Virus record (IMG/VR): IMGVR_UViG_3300033182_000980 | Location: 310,001 to 374,000 of that record | Length of the DNA: 64,000 nt | Reading direction: 5' to 3' (one strand) | Shown: positions 54,540-63,037 of the stretch, in pieces | Position numbering within the stretch: position 1 is the first letter of the stretch | Layout of the letters: each line of letters opens with the position of its first letter | Position numbers and translations under genes: made by a program | The notes under the pieces: generated by a model | Database searches by the model: none | What the model saw: only the letters and a program-made list of their open reading frames with translations | What the model was told of the DNA's origin: nothing

Positions 54540-54896
54540 ATGTCTATAACAGAAAAAAAGAATGACAGACGAGTTTGGTCAGAAGGCTTTATTTTAGCCT
54601 ATGAAGGACTGACGGTAGAAGATCGCTATCAGAGCTTGATCTTAGGTTTAAGCGAGGCTGGGTTCGTCAAGCAGGACTACACCTCTTACTCTCCCTTGAG
54701 CAAAGTGACCGATTTATTGTTAGATGGTGTCGTTGTTCGTCTTTATCTAGTAGATCTAAACAGCGACACGGTGATTTGTTATCGTGTGGGTTTAGAAGGT
54801 CGTATGGATAACGATGACACCGACACTATATTTAGGCTTAGTCTGGACACGATATGGGAGGACATTCGTAAGGCTTGGATCAGTTCAAAGTTATAG
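54540..54896 (+). CDS. E.GF / IR..W paralog family member
   Basis: LSEAGFVK; DIRKAW. Confidence 0.6.
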   Translation: MSITEKKNDRRVWSEGFILAYEGLTVEDRYQSLILGLSEAGFVKQDYTSYSPLSKVTDLLLDGVVVRLYLVDLNSDTVICYRVGLEGRMDNDDTDTIFRLSLDTIWEDIRKAWISSKL

Positions 54897-54951
54897 TTTT
54901 TCTATATGTTGATTATATTAGCATCGAACTTTGTAATAGGAGTACATCATC

Positions 54952-55257
54952 ATGTCCGAGTCAATGAAGAACGCTTTAGAGTGGGGTTTTAAGATACTGT
55001 CAGTTTTCTTGATCCCTGTAATCATTTATATCTTTAACATGAGTACGAGTCTGAAGCTGATGGAGCAGAAGTCCGAGTCTCAAACACGCACTATCGAAAA
55101 GTTAGAGGGTAAGATTGAGCGTATAGAAGAGGACTTGAATCAAGTTCAGCTTAACAGTCAAGAGCTTCGTCAAATGAGAACGGACTTAAATCAACAGAAC
55201 GCTATGATGAGGGAGGTTTATCAGTGGGTTCTCCGACAACAAGGTAGAAATCCATGA
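54952..55257 (+). CDS. Membrane-anchored coiled-coil protein
   Basis: N-terminal TM then heptads; class-2-like motif TAGTTTTTCTAT 58 bp upstream. Confidence 0.7.
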   Translation: MSESMKNALEWGFKILSVFLIPVIIYIFNMSTSLKLMEQKSESQTRTIEKLEGKIERIEEDLNQVQLNSQELRQMRTDLNQQNAMMREVYQWVLRQQGRNP

Positions 55258-55619
55258 AAAAGTTAGCTCTACTTATCGTAGTCTTTAGTTTTTTTTTAAT
55301 GAGTGGGGTAGGGGTTGAAAGTCGGGGTTCTACAGAAAATGTTGACAATGTGTTTGAAACAGATAAAGAGGTGGTACAAGTAAAGAGTGTGGCTCAAGAG
55401 CAAGCCGAGATCATCTCAGACATGAGGGACGAGGTTAAAGAGCTTCACGAGATGACTTGCCAAATCACCCTTATGCTTAAAAGCACAGGAGAACATAAAG
55501 ATGTCAGAAGAGACTGTAAACCCAGAGGCGACAGAGACAGCGACCAACCAACCTCAAGAAGTGGGGACACTCACCGAGGAGGAAATGGCTTCGATCTCAC
55601 AACTCCGTCAGAACGCTAA
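55254..55619 (+). CDS. Signal-anchored coiled-coil protein
   Basis: MKK + hydrophobic stretch; ATGA overlap. Confidence 0.6.
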   Translation: MKKLALLIVVFSFFLMSGVGVESRGSTENVDNVFETDKEVVQVKSVAQEQAEIISDMRDEVKELHEMTCQITLMLKSTGEHKDVRRDCKPRGDRDSDQPTSRSGDTHRGGNGFDLTTPSER

Positions 55620-55842
55620 TCAGCTTTTAAATCAGCTTGGTCAGTTAGAGCTCCGCAAGACTCGTATTGCGTTTCAGATTGAGCGTAATGAAGCACAGGC
55701 ACAAGAGATTGTAGCATCAGCTCGTGAGCGTCTTGGTATTCCAGAGTCAGCACCTTGGCAGATTCAAGAGGATGGCAAGGTTGTAGCGATCCTCAATCAG
55801 CCATCTGAAGAGGGTGTTACTGCTGACGAGGGTAGCGACTGA
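55501..55842 (+). CDS. Coiled-coil hypothetical protein
   Basis: AGGAG RBS; overlaps the previous ORF by 119 nt. Confidence 0.65.
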   Translation: MSEETVNPEATETATNQPQEVGTLTEEEMASISQLRQNANQLLNQLGQLELRKTRIAFQIERNEAQAQEIVASARERLGIPESAPWQIQEDGKVVAILNQPSEEGVTADEGSD

Positions 55843-55887
55843 TTAGTTAGCTCACCCAACAACCTTTAAGGTTGATAAGATCGACTT

Positions 55888-55932
55888 GAAGAGCCTATCT
55901 TCCTTGAATGAGGAGATAGGCTCTTTTCGTTT
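55888..55932 (+). terminator. Intrinsic terminator
   Basis: gaagagcctatct...agataggctcttt stem followed by a T-rich tract. Confidence 0.7.
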
Positions 55933-55933
55933 G

Positions 55934-55945
55934 TAGTTTCTTTAT
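55934..55945 (+). promoter_or_regulatory. Class-2 motif TAGTTTCTTTAT
   Basis: 60 bp before the ATG at 55994. Confidence 0.55.
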
Positions 55946-55993
55946 ATCTTCTCATAAGTGATCTCTTAACCTTAACCAAATGGAGACTGACTT

Positions 55994-56416
55994 ATGAGAA
56001 GATCAGCATCAGAAGTAATTAGAAATCTTGAGATGAGGATCGCTCGTCTTGAAAGGCAGTCTTCAAGTACGGACGACTACATACTTGCAAAGAAAATTGA
56101 GCGTCAGTTGGACGAAAACGGTCTTACCTTAAAAGACCTCGAAAGAAACCCTAAGCTCCTTGACCTTGATGAGATTGAGCATCAAAATCCTAGCATGAAA
56201 TCTGACATACAAAGATGGGTCAAGAAGGGTTGGATCACCATTGAGGGTGGTGAATATGAGGAGTCTCGTGGAAGCCGATCATATCCTGGAGGTTGGGATG
56301 CGTACCTCATCACCAAAAAAGGTATTCAAGAGATTAGGACTTGGAACACCCTACAACAGATGGGTCGGCTTCACCACCACATCCAGATGGGAGTGATTAG
56401 GCCTCTGACCACCTAA
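55994..56416 (+). CDS. MRRSASE-leader protein 3
   Basis: MRRSASEVIRNLEMRIARLER; C-terminal KKGWI...YLITKKG is wHTH-like. Confidence 0.75.
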   Translation: MRRSASEVIRNLEMRIARLERQSSSTDDYILAKKIERQLDENGLTLKDLERNPKLLDLDEIEHQNPSMKSDIQRWVKKGWITIEGGEYEESRGSRSYPGGWDAYLITKKGIQEIRTWNTLQQMGRLHHHIQMGVIRPLTT

Positions 56417-57047
56417 AGAAACGATCATCTTCTTTATGAGTGATCCCCATACGCTTCACTTTACCAGCTTTCTTCCCACGCACATAGCGTTCAAAGTCAG
56501 TAAAGTGTCTACGCTCTAAGTCGGACAAGTCATCAACGGTAATCTGTTCTTCGACTAAGAGCCAAAAGCGACTCGCCGCTTTAGCTACCCAAAAGGCATC
56601 GGCTTGGTGGTTATTCCACCTCTTAGCACCTTGCCCTTGAGTAGCTTGTTTAGCCGCGTCTACCATATCTCCCTTACCCATCTTCCACCCCTTTGGTCGA
56701 TTAAGGAAAGCAGAGGCATGAGCTTTAACTTGATTGGGGGAGAGGTAAACAGTGTCGCACTTCTCAAGCATGAGGGCTTCATTGCTGTAGAGGAACAGAC
56801 CGTACATACCCTCGGAATATAGATCGTTGAAGATGGGAGACTCGATCCCGACACGCAGTGTTTCTTCGGGGTGGTCAGCTCTGACTTTCTGTACGATTTC
56901 TCTTAAACCTTCTCTAAGAGTGATATATCTATCAACGAACATCATCTTGGCTTCTGTTTTCATTGTGCCTTTATCCATGAAGTGTCCGTCATCACGGATA
57001 AGCGTCCACCCAAAGTTTCTAAGTGAGGGGTCGAGTCCTAAGATCAT
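56397..57047 (-). CDS. ruvC: Holliday junction resolvase, RuvC-like
   Basis: MILGLDPSLRNFGW, GIES, KGDM, HQADA. Confidence 0.85.
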   Translation of the reverse strand: MILGLDPSLRNFGWTLIRDDGHFMDKGTMKTEAKMMFVDRYITLREGLREIVQKVRADHPEETLRVGIESPIFNDLYSEGMYGLFLYSNEALMLEKCDTVYLSPNQVKAHASAFLNRPKGWKMGKGDMVDAAKQATQGQGAKRWNNHQADAFWVAKAASRFWLLVEEQITVDDLSDLERRHFTDFERYVRGKKAGKVKRMGITHKEDDRFFRWSEA

Positions 57048-57063
57048 GTGGTCAATCCTTTTG

Positions 57064-57075
57064 TAGTTTATTTAT
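57064..57075 (+). promoter_or_regulatory. Class-2 motif TAGTTTATTTAT
   Basis: 63 bp before the ATG at 57127. Confidence 0.5.
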
Positions 57076-57126
57076 GATCGTCTTTATATGTTCGTTATAT
57101 GATACCCCTTTTAAGGAGAAAACCAC

Positions 57127-58125
57127 ATGAGACATGATAACAGTTATCGTAGAGCAAAACGCTCTTATCGTGAGGCTTCAATGAGCCGACAGGCAACAAT
57201 GGAGCGTATTGCAGGGCTTGAGATGAAGGTCGCGGCGATGGAATACCAAGCAGGGATGAAAGAGTCTCTTAAGGGGCTATTCCTCAAGTATGTTGCCGAG
57301 CCTCTTGATAAGTATCGCAGACATCTTAATCTTTTTAAGATGCCCATTGATGATCTAATGGATGATGTAATCGAGGCGATTGCTCCAGAGTATGCCGAGA
57401 AGCTCATGGAGGCTGAGGTTGACGCTGACTTCACCGAGTTTGAAGAGGGTGCTAAACTCCGACAAGATGAGAGAGCACATGGTCAGTCCAAATTCCCCCC
57501 TCGTAATAAGTCTCCAGAGTTCTATGAGGGTTATCATTGGGGCGATGTTAATGATGGCCCTGTTCCGAATGAGGTTAAGAAGCGTATCATCCAGGAAGCC
57601 GCTCAAGAGCACAGCAAGAAGGTTACCGAGAGAGCTTTGAAAAAGGTTCTTAATGTAATCAACCCTGTTGAGATCATCAAACACGCTTACCACATCATCA
57701 AGAAGCATGGATGGGATCCTCATACTGAGGAGATTTGGTATAAGAAATGGCCTAAGCGTCTGTTCAAGGTTGTTCTCATGGGTATTGCTGTAGCTATCGT
57801 TGAGACAATCGAACACGCTGTACTACCTGCCATTATGGTTAAGCTCACGGGCAACCCAGCTTGGTATGGACTTGCCGCTGTACCTCTCCTTGAGATTGTT
57901 CTTCCTATCGTCCTCGCTTACTTCAAGGGAGCTAAGAAAGACACTGTTGATGAGCCAGGACACCTTGATTGGTATGAAGAGAACTATGGAGAAATCGAGG
58001 ATGTCCTTGACGATAATGTCTTTGACGATGATGACGATGATGATAGCCGAGTAGCGAGCTATCGTCCTCGTGGTCGCAGAGCGAGTTATCTTGATCCTGC
58101 TCTCAAGTTTAACTACAACCTTTAA
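57127..58125 (+). CDS. Helical protein with a leader-like segment and C-terminal hydrophobic hairpin
   Basis: ERIAGLEMKVAAME resembles the leader; two TM-like segments. Confidence 0.7.
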   Translation: MRHDNSYRRAKRSYREASMSRQATMERIAGLEMKVAAMEYQAGMKESLKGLFLKYVAEPLDKYRRHLNLFKMPIDDLMDDVIEAIAPEYAEKLMEAEVDADFTEFEEGAKLRQDERAHGQSKFPPRNKSPEFYEGYHWGDVNDGPVPNEVKKRIIQEAAQEHSKKVTERALKKVLNVINPVEIIKHAYHIIKKHGWDPHTEEIWYKKWPKRLFKVVLMGIAVAIVETIEHAVLPAIMVKLTGNPAWYGLAAVPLLEIVLPIVLAYFKGAKKDTVDEPGHLDWYEENYGEIEDVLDDNVFDDDDDDDSRVASYRPRGRRASYLDPALKFNYNL

Positions 58126-58607
58126 GGTAGTACGCAGAGTCCTCGACTCACATTGTGGATGACAGGGAAGCATTTCCCTCCAGCCACAATGACCGTACCC
58201 AACATAGATGGGTCTTTAGGGTGAACCACATTATCGGTGGTAATCACCTCATCTATACCTAGCTCATTCAATCGGTGTTCTGCATCGGTGAATGAGCTTT
58301 GTTTTATGCCCCATTGCTCTTTTTCACTACGAGCTAGGGCATACCCTACCATAGCCTCTATAACTTCGTTTACAGAGGCTTCTATGCCCCATGTGAGTAC
58401 CGACTCTCTATTAGAGGGTTGCTCTACCCATTTGAGTAGGTCATCTCCCTTTGGAGCACCTACGAGTAAAGGCATACATTTAGGGGGAACATCTACTTCG
58501 AGGAACAATGGTGTCTTGCCCTTTACTTTTAGTTCTAAGATTTCAATCATCATTGTCCTCGTTTTGGTCTGTACTATCGGCAAGAACCCATAAGAGAGCG
58601 GCCACAT
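58122..58607 (-). CDS. Hypothetical protein
   Basis: ORF in the replication operon; true start likely MMIE. Confidence 0.6.
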   Translation of the reverse strand: MWPLSYGFLPIVQTKTRTMMIEILELKVKGKTPLFLEVDVPPKCMPLLVGAPKGDDLLKWVEQPSNRESVLTWGIEASVNEVIEAMVGYALARSEKEQWGIKQSSFTDAEHRLNELGIDEVITTDNVVHPKDPSMLGTVIVAGGKCFPVIHNVSRGLCVLP

Positions 58608-58944
58608 CTGGATATTTACTAGCTATCTTACCCATGTCGCCCTCATTGATGAGATCATCAAACTCAAGATTGAACTCGTCTCTGATTTCTTCCTCTGTTT
58701 TTTGGGGCTTGAAGAAAGGACAGGTGTTTGGTGTGGATGGGTCACAGATCACACCATCCCACTCTTTAGGTTTCTCTGCATCTTGGAGGCAAACATAAAA
58801 CAAAGGGTCATTAGCATTGCCTCGGACTAAACCGGAGTGAGAACAGTTGCAAGGCTTCTTCGACATACCATTGCGAATAGCCTTTTGAAGAAGCCGATGT
58901 TTGACTTGCTTGAGCTTATGTCTGATTGCACCTTGTTTCTTCAT
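58543..58944 (-). CDS. Cys-rich hypothetical protein
   Basis: 133 aa; coupled to the SbcC-like gene. Confidence 0.65.
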   Translation of the reverse strand: MKKQGAIRHKLKQVKHRLLQKAIRNGMSKKPCNCSHSGLVRGNANDPLFYVCLQDAEKPKEWDGVICDPSTPNTCPFFKPQKTEEEIRDEFNLEFDDLINEGDMGKIASKYPDVAALLWVLADSTDQNEDNDD

Positions 58945-59564
58945 TACTTTATTCTCTTTAAGGTAGCACCATTCTTACTTGGTGTGATCTTGTATCCTAT
59001 ATCACAGTTATCAGCAATGGTCGGATCATGTGTAATACACAAAATGTCCATATCTAAGCGTTGACAGAGAACCTTGAGAAAATCGACTAGAATCTCTACT
59101 CGGTTTTCGTCCACAGCAGGGAATGTCTCATCAAGAATGAGGACAGGTCTTAGGTTTCTCTTAAGGATTAAAGAAATCCTTAACAAGAGGCTCTGTATCG
59201 TGGTGACAGCTCCACCAAAAGCGTCTAAGCCATCTCCCTCAATCTCAAGCCCATCTTGACCTTTAAAGGTGGTTTTGAGATTGACTGCTACCTTACCACG
59301 AACCTTTGTGATCTCGGCTGTCAGCCCAACCTCTTGTTCGGGGAAGATCGCCTTCAACCCCTCTTCTAAGAGGGAGATATAGGTCGATACCCCTCGCTCT
59401 ACTTCATCTTGAGCGAGAGTGTCGAGGATGACCCCTGCTTCTGTCTTTTTATCTTTATCTAGCTCAAGGAAAGCGATCTCGTTTTCGAGGTCGTCTATGC
59501 GTTTTTCACACGATTCCTTGAGCGTTTTTAATCGGTAAAATCGAGAAGCAAGGTCATTCATCAC
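58944..59564 (-). CDS. SbcC/Rad50 (gp46-like) ABC ATPase, C-terminal half
   Basis: Coiled coil, signature-like FGGA, Walker B LILDE, H-loop ITHD; no Walker A. Confidence 0.75.
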   Translation of the reverse strand: MMNDLASRFYRLKTLKESCEKRIDDLENEIAFLELDKDKKTEAGVILDTLAQDEVERGVSTYISLLEEGLKAIFPEQEVGLTAEITKVRGKVAVNLKTTFKGQDGLEIEGDGLDAFGGAVTTIQSLLLRISLILKRNLRPVLILDETFPAVDENRVEILVDFLKVLCQRLDMDILCITHDPTIADNCDIGYKITPSKNGATLKRIK

Positions 59565-59565
59565 A

Positions 59566-60771
59566 TTAAAGCATCCAACCTATAATAGAAACAGTCTGTA
59601 CTCCAGAGTCTTGATCGGACTTAAAGAGCATATAACCCTTGTTGCCCTCACGAGTACACCCAAAGACGATGTTATCATTATAGATTTCTACTGCCTTTTT
59701 GATCGACAAATAGTTAAAATCGAAAGTGGCGATGTCGTCACCCTCACCAGCCTCTTTGAGCCGAGTCGCATACATCAAGTTGGAGAGGTCTGTGATCTCT
59801 TCGAGTGGCTTCTCTGCATCCTCGAATGGGGGCACTTCGAGATTGTATGAGATCGTCTTACTGTTAGACGAGTTCATCTCAAGGCTAGGAGGCAATAAAG
59901 CCTCATCTTCGGGGTCTTTGAATGTGACTTTATAGTTGGTCTTATCAGCAAACGCTGACAAGAATGTAAGCCCATTCATAAAGTTATCCTTAGACAGCCT
60001 CCAAACCCTACGAGGCGTCCAGTTAAACGCATCAGCATATTGCTGTGTGATGGGAGGGTAGGTGTAAGGCAGATCCATTACAGCGAATAACGCACCGTCC
60101 TCTGCCTTAAAGAATGTCGCTTGACCACCACTAAGGACTTCAATCACATTACCGTCATATGCTTTGAGGAACTTCATCAGTGGTGCGATGTCCTTGTAGT
60201 GGATCTTTACATCCATCCCTTGAAGGTCATCGTGTCGGGACATATTAAGCATATATCCGTCACAGGCAATCGCTTTACCACCCTCGATCAAGATCATTGC
60301 AAGCTCTGGTCTACGGCTATCATCTTGTGATACATACTGTCGGTTTGTATTAAGCGTATCATAGAGGATAGAAGCAGAAATCTCTCCGACCTTAGTCGCT
60401 TGTTTGAACTTCTCGACCCAAGGAGGGAATGCTTCGGGATCTAATGAGACTGTGGTTGCCTCACCCTCACTGCCCTTTAAGGATACTTCCTTCTCCTCAT
60501 CGTTGTACTCAATCTCAACGACACCTGTCATAACATTAGTCGCTGAGATTAAACGCTTACCCTCGATAGAAAAAGACCCTTTATCTTGAACTGTAGCACC
60601 GATGACAGGGATCTTTGAAAACTGACGAGGGGGAGAACAAGCCATGACGCTCACACCAGCTTCTTCGGCAGAGAAGATAAAGTGTGAGGTGATGTCTTGA
60701 TTTGTACCCAAAGTGTTCTGAGCGATTGATAGGGTTTCTTTCAAGTCTTGTGCTGAGACTGTAATCTTCAT
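59566..60771 (-). CDS. dnaN: DNA polymerase beta sliding clamp-like protein
   Basis: MKITVSAQDL, FPP, SQDDSRRPELAMI, ACDGYML resemble beta-clamp motifs; 401 aa. Confidence 0.7.
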   Translation of the reverse strand: MKITVSAQDLKETLSIAQNTLGTNQDITSHFIFSAEEAGVSVMACSPPRQFSKIPVIGATVQDKGSFSIEGKRLISATNVMTGVVEIEYNDEEKEVSLKGSEGEATTVSLDPEAFPPWVEKFKQATKVGEISASILYDTLNTNRQYVSQDDSRRPELAMILIEGGKAIACDGYMLNMSRHDDLQGMDVKIHYKDIAPLMKFLKAYDGNVIEVLSGGQATFFKAEDGALFAVMDLPYTYPPITQQYADAFNWTPRRVWRLSKDNFMNGLTFLSAFADKTNYKVTFKDPEDEALLPPSLEMNSSNSKTISYNLEVPPFEDAEKPLEEITDLSNLMYATRLKEAGEGDDIATFDFNYLSIKKAVEIYNDNIVFGCTREGNKGYMLFKSDQDSGVQTVSIIGWML

Positions 60772-61031
60772 AGAGAATCTACTCGACTTTCAATGCGTGT
60801 GATGACTTGCTCTGCATCCAACAGAGCTTCGTTAAGTTTGGTGATTGCCTCTTGCCTTTCAGCTTTGAGGCGATTGATTTCATCTTCAAGAGTGTCGGGG
60901 TTAATACCCCTTTCGACCAATCTTTTATCAAGCTCCGAGAGACTTGATCTGGCTGCTTCTAGCTTACCAAGCAAACGCTCTCGCCTTCGCTCAATGTCTA
61001 GTTTTTTATTTACGAGTTGTTCAAGATCCAT
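60768..61031 (-). CDS. Coiled-coil protein
   Basis: 87 aa heptad pattern; overlaps the clamp start. Confidence 0.65.
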   Translation of the reverse strand: MDLEQLVNKKLDIERRRERLLGKLEAARSSLSELDKRLVERGINPDTLEDEINRLKAERQEAITKLNEALLDAEQVITRIESRVDSL

Positions 61032-61074
61032 TTGAACTTTCCTTTCGTAGTGTGGTTATCAACCATTATATGAT

Positions 61075-62049
61075 TTACTTCATATTGAGGTTGATAATCC
61101 CCCCACCTTGTTCAGTCGGGTCTGGTGTCTTTGTTTTACCTAGACCACGCTTCGCCGCATTACGCTTCTTTTGTGCTTGTCGTTCTTCACAGATGTTCTC
61201 GAACTTACACCAAGTACAGTGCTTAGGGATTGGGTTAGGCTCAAACACCCCCCTGTGGATAGCACGATTAGTTTCAATCGCCTCTTTCCCTAGCCTACGA
61301 ATATCGTCATCTGTGATCTTCACTTCAACAAATCCAGTCCACTCATCATCTGGATTTGCAAAGTGCTTCTCTGGAGGGTTTGATCGAGGATACCTAAAGT
61401 AAAAGAACCCAAGCCGATCTGGTACTTTCCCATATTGTAATCTAAAACAAAGGGCATACCACCGAAGCTGATCTTCGTCCTCATATTTCATTGGAGTAGA
61501 TGCGTTCTTACCATCAAGGATATGAACCTTGCCCTCCTTGTCTCGATATACAAGGTCAGCAATACCACATACATTAAAGTATTTGTTCATAGGTGGGGTC
61601 ATACGCAACTCGGACTTCGCATACGGCCCAAGAAATCTATGCTCTTTTAAAATCTCAAGAAAGTTTTGAGCACCTTTATGACAGATGTCCATTGCTTCTT
61701 CTCTAGTCATATATGACCAGATCACATAGTGGCGTTGCTCTGCTTTGGCAAACGCTTGATCAACGATCTCCTTGATCTTTGTCTGTATCGTCTTAGGATC
61801 ACGATACAACTCATGGTCGTATATTTCCTCAACCACAGTAGATAATACAGTACCCATTAACTGATGATGCTCGGAGTCTTTTGACTCATCAGGCAATGGC
61901 TTTGGCTTTCCTTTACCAGCCCCTAAATCATGGTCGGGGTGTCCTTTATGCCATAGGTATTGTTGAGGGCAAGCCCTCATCATTTTCAAGTGAGACCAGT
62001 ATATGTTTCTCATGGGATCGTCCAATACTTCGGTGTTAGGTTCACCCAT
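61075..62049 (-). CDS. PD-(D/E)XK exonuclease, RecB/AddB/Cas4-like with Fe-S cysteines
   Basis: ACP, GIADL, ILDGK, QLRWYA, CTWCKFENIC. Confidence 0.8.
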   Translation of the reverse strand: MGEPNTEVLDDPMRNIYWSHLKMMRACPQQYLWHKGHPDHDLGAGKGKPKPLPDESKDSEHHQLMGTVLSTVVEEIYDHELYRDPKTIQTKIKEIVDQAFAKAEQRHYVIWSYMTREEAMDICHKGAQNFLEILKEHRFLGPYAKSELRMTPPMNKYFNVCGIADLVYRDKEGKVHILDGKNASTPMKYEDEDQLRWYALCFRLQYGKVPDRLGFFYFRYPRSNPPEKHFANPDDEWTGFVEVKITDDDIRRLGKEAIETNRAIHRGVFEPNPIPKHCTWCKFENICEERQAQKKRNAAKRGLGKTKTPDPTEQGGGIINLNMK

Positions 62050-62150
62050 ATTGTACCTCCTATCTAGTTAAAGTTGACGACCCTCTTCCTTATATGTTTG
62101 TAATCCCTTTATGACCCCTAGATTATGTAGCAAACGCATTTGGGGGTCTT

Positions 62151-63035
62151 ATGTTAGACAGAGTAGTACAACGACACATGGTTAGGCTTGCTTGCCAAGT
62201 AGCTTATGAGCAAACCCCTAACTTGAAGAAAGCACACGCTTCGGATTTCTCTCTTGAAGCAATCCAAGTAATCGCCAAGCACTTAACCTCCAATAGCCGT
62301 CAAGACTTTACGCAGAAGAAGGCTTTTTTCTCCATAGTAAAAAAGGTCAAGCAACTCATCGACCTCTTTAAGAAAGCACCTCAAGCGTGGGATAAGTTTA
62401 AAACCATGCTAGGTATTACTTCTAGCGGTGTGGCGATGGTTAAAGAAATCGACACAAAGCTCGGTAATCTTCTTGAGGAGGGGAAGAAGAAGCTCGACCA
62501 AGTAGCTAAAAGAGTATGGAGTGAAATACCCATGCTTAAGTTGATTGGTGAGGTTCTTGAAGAAAAGAACAGGTGGGAAGTAGCATTAGAGAACGCAAAA
62601 AAGTTTGTACCAGAAAAGGTATTGAATGCGTTTAAAGCGATTGAATCTAGTGCCACATCAATAGGCGATTATTTAGATGACCTATTAAGCAAGTCTAAGA
62701 CCCTCAAAGCATTATCAGCACCAATCAAAATCTATCTGTTTTTTCAGATATGGGATTGGTTTGCTGACTTTGACTTTAGGGTCGTGGTGGCAGGTATTCT
62801 CGGCACGATTGATTTCAAAGACTTGATCGCCCTATTACCCTCGGAGGGTATCGAGATCATCCTTGAGCTTGTACTACCCCCACCAGCCAATGGAGCGTTA
62901 GCAAAGCTCATAATAGAAGTGGGGGTTGCCTCTGCCTTTGCCATGATTATGGTGCTAGAGATCAAACACTTGATGAAGGTCTACAAGGTAAACAACACCA
63001 AAGACCTCTTAGTAAAGCTAGAGGCTAATGGCTAA
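62151..63035 (+). CDS. Helical protein with a hydrophobic C-terminal region
   Basis: 294 aa; solitary plus-strand gene inside a minus-strand operon. Confidence 0.7.
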   Translation: MLDRVVQRHMVRLACQVAYEQTPNLKKAHASDFSLEAIQVIAKHLTSNSRQDFTQKKAFFSIVKKVKQLIDLFKKAPQAWDKFKTMLGITSSGVAMVKEIDTKLGNLLEEGKKKLDQVAKRVWSEIPMLKLIGEVLEEKNRWEVALENAKKFVPEKVLNAFKAIESSATSIGDYLDDLLSKSKTLKALSAPIKIYLFFQIWDWFADFDFRVVVAGILGTIDFKDLIALLPSEGIEIILELVLPPPANGALAKLIIEVGVASAFAMIMVLEIKHLMKVYKVNNTKDLLVKLEANG

Positions 63036-63037
63036 TC

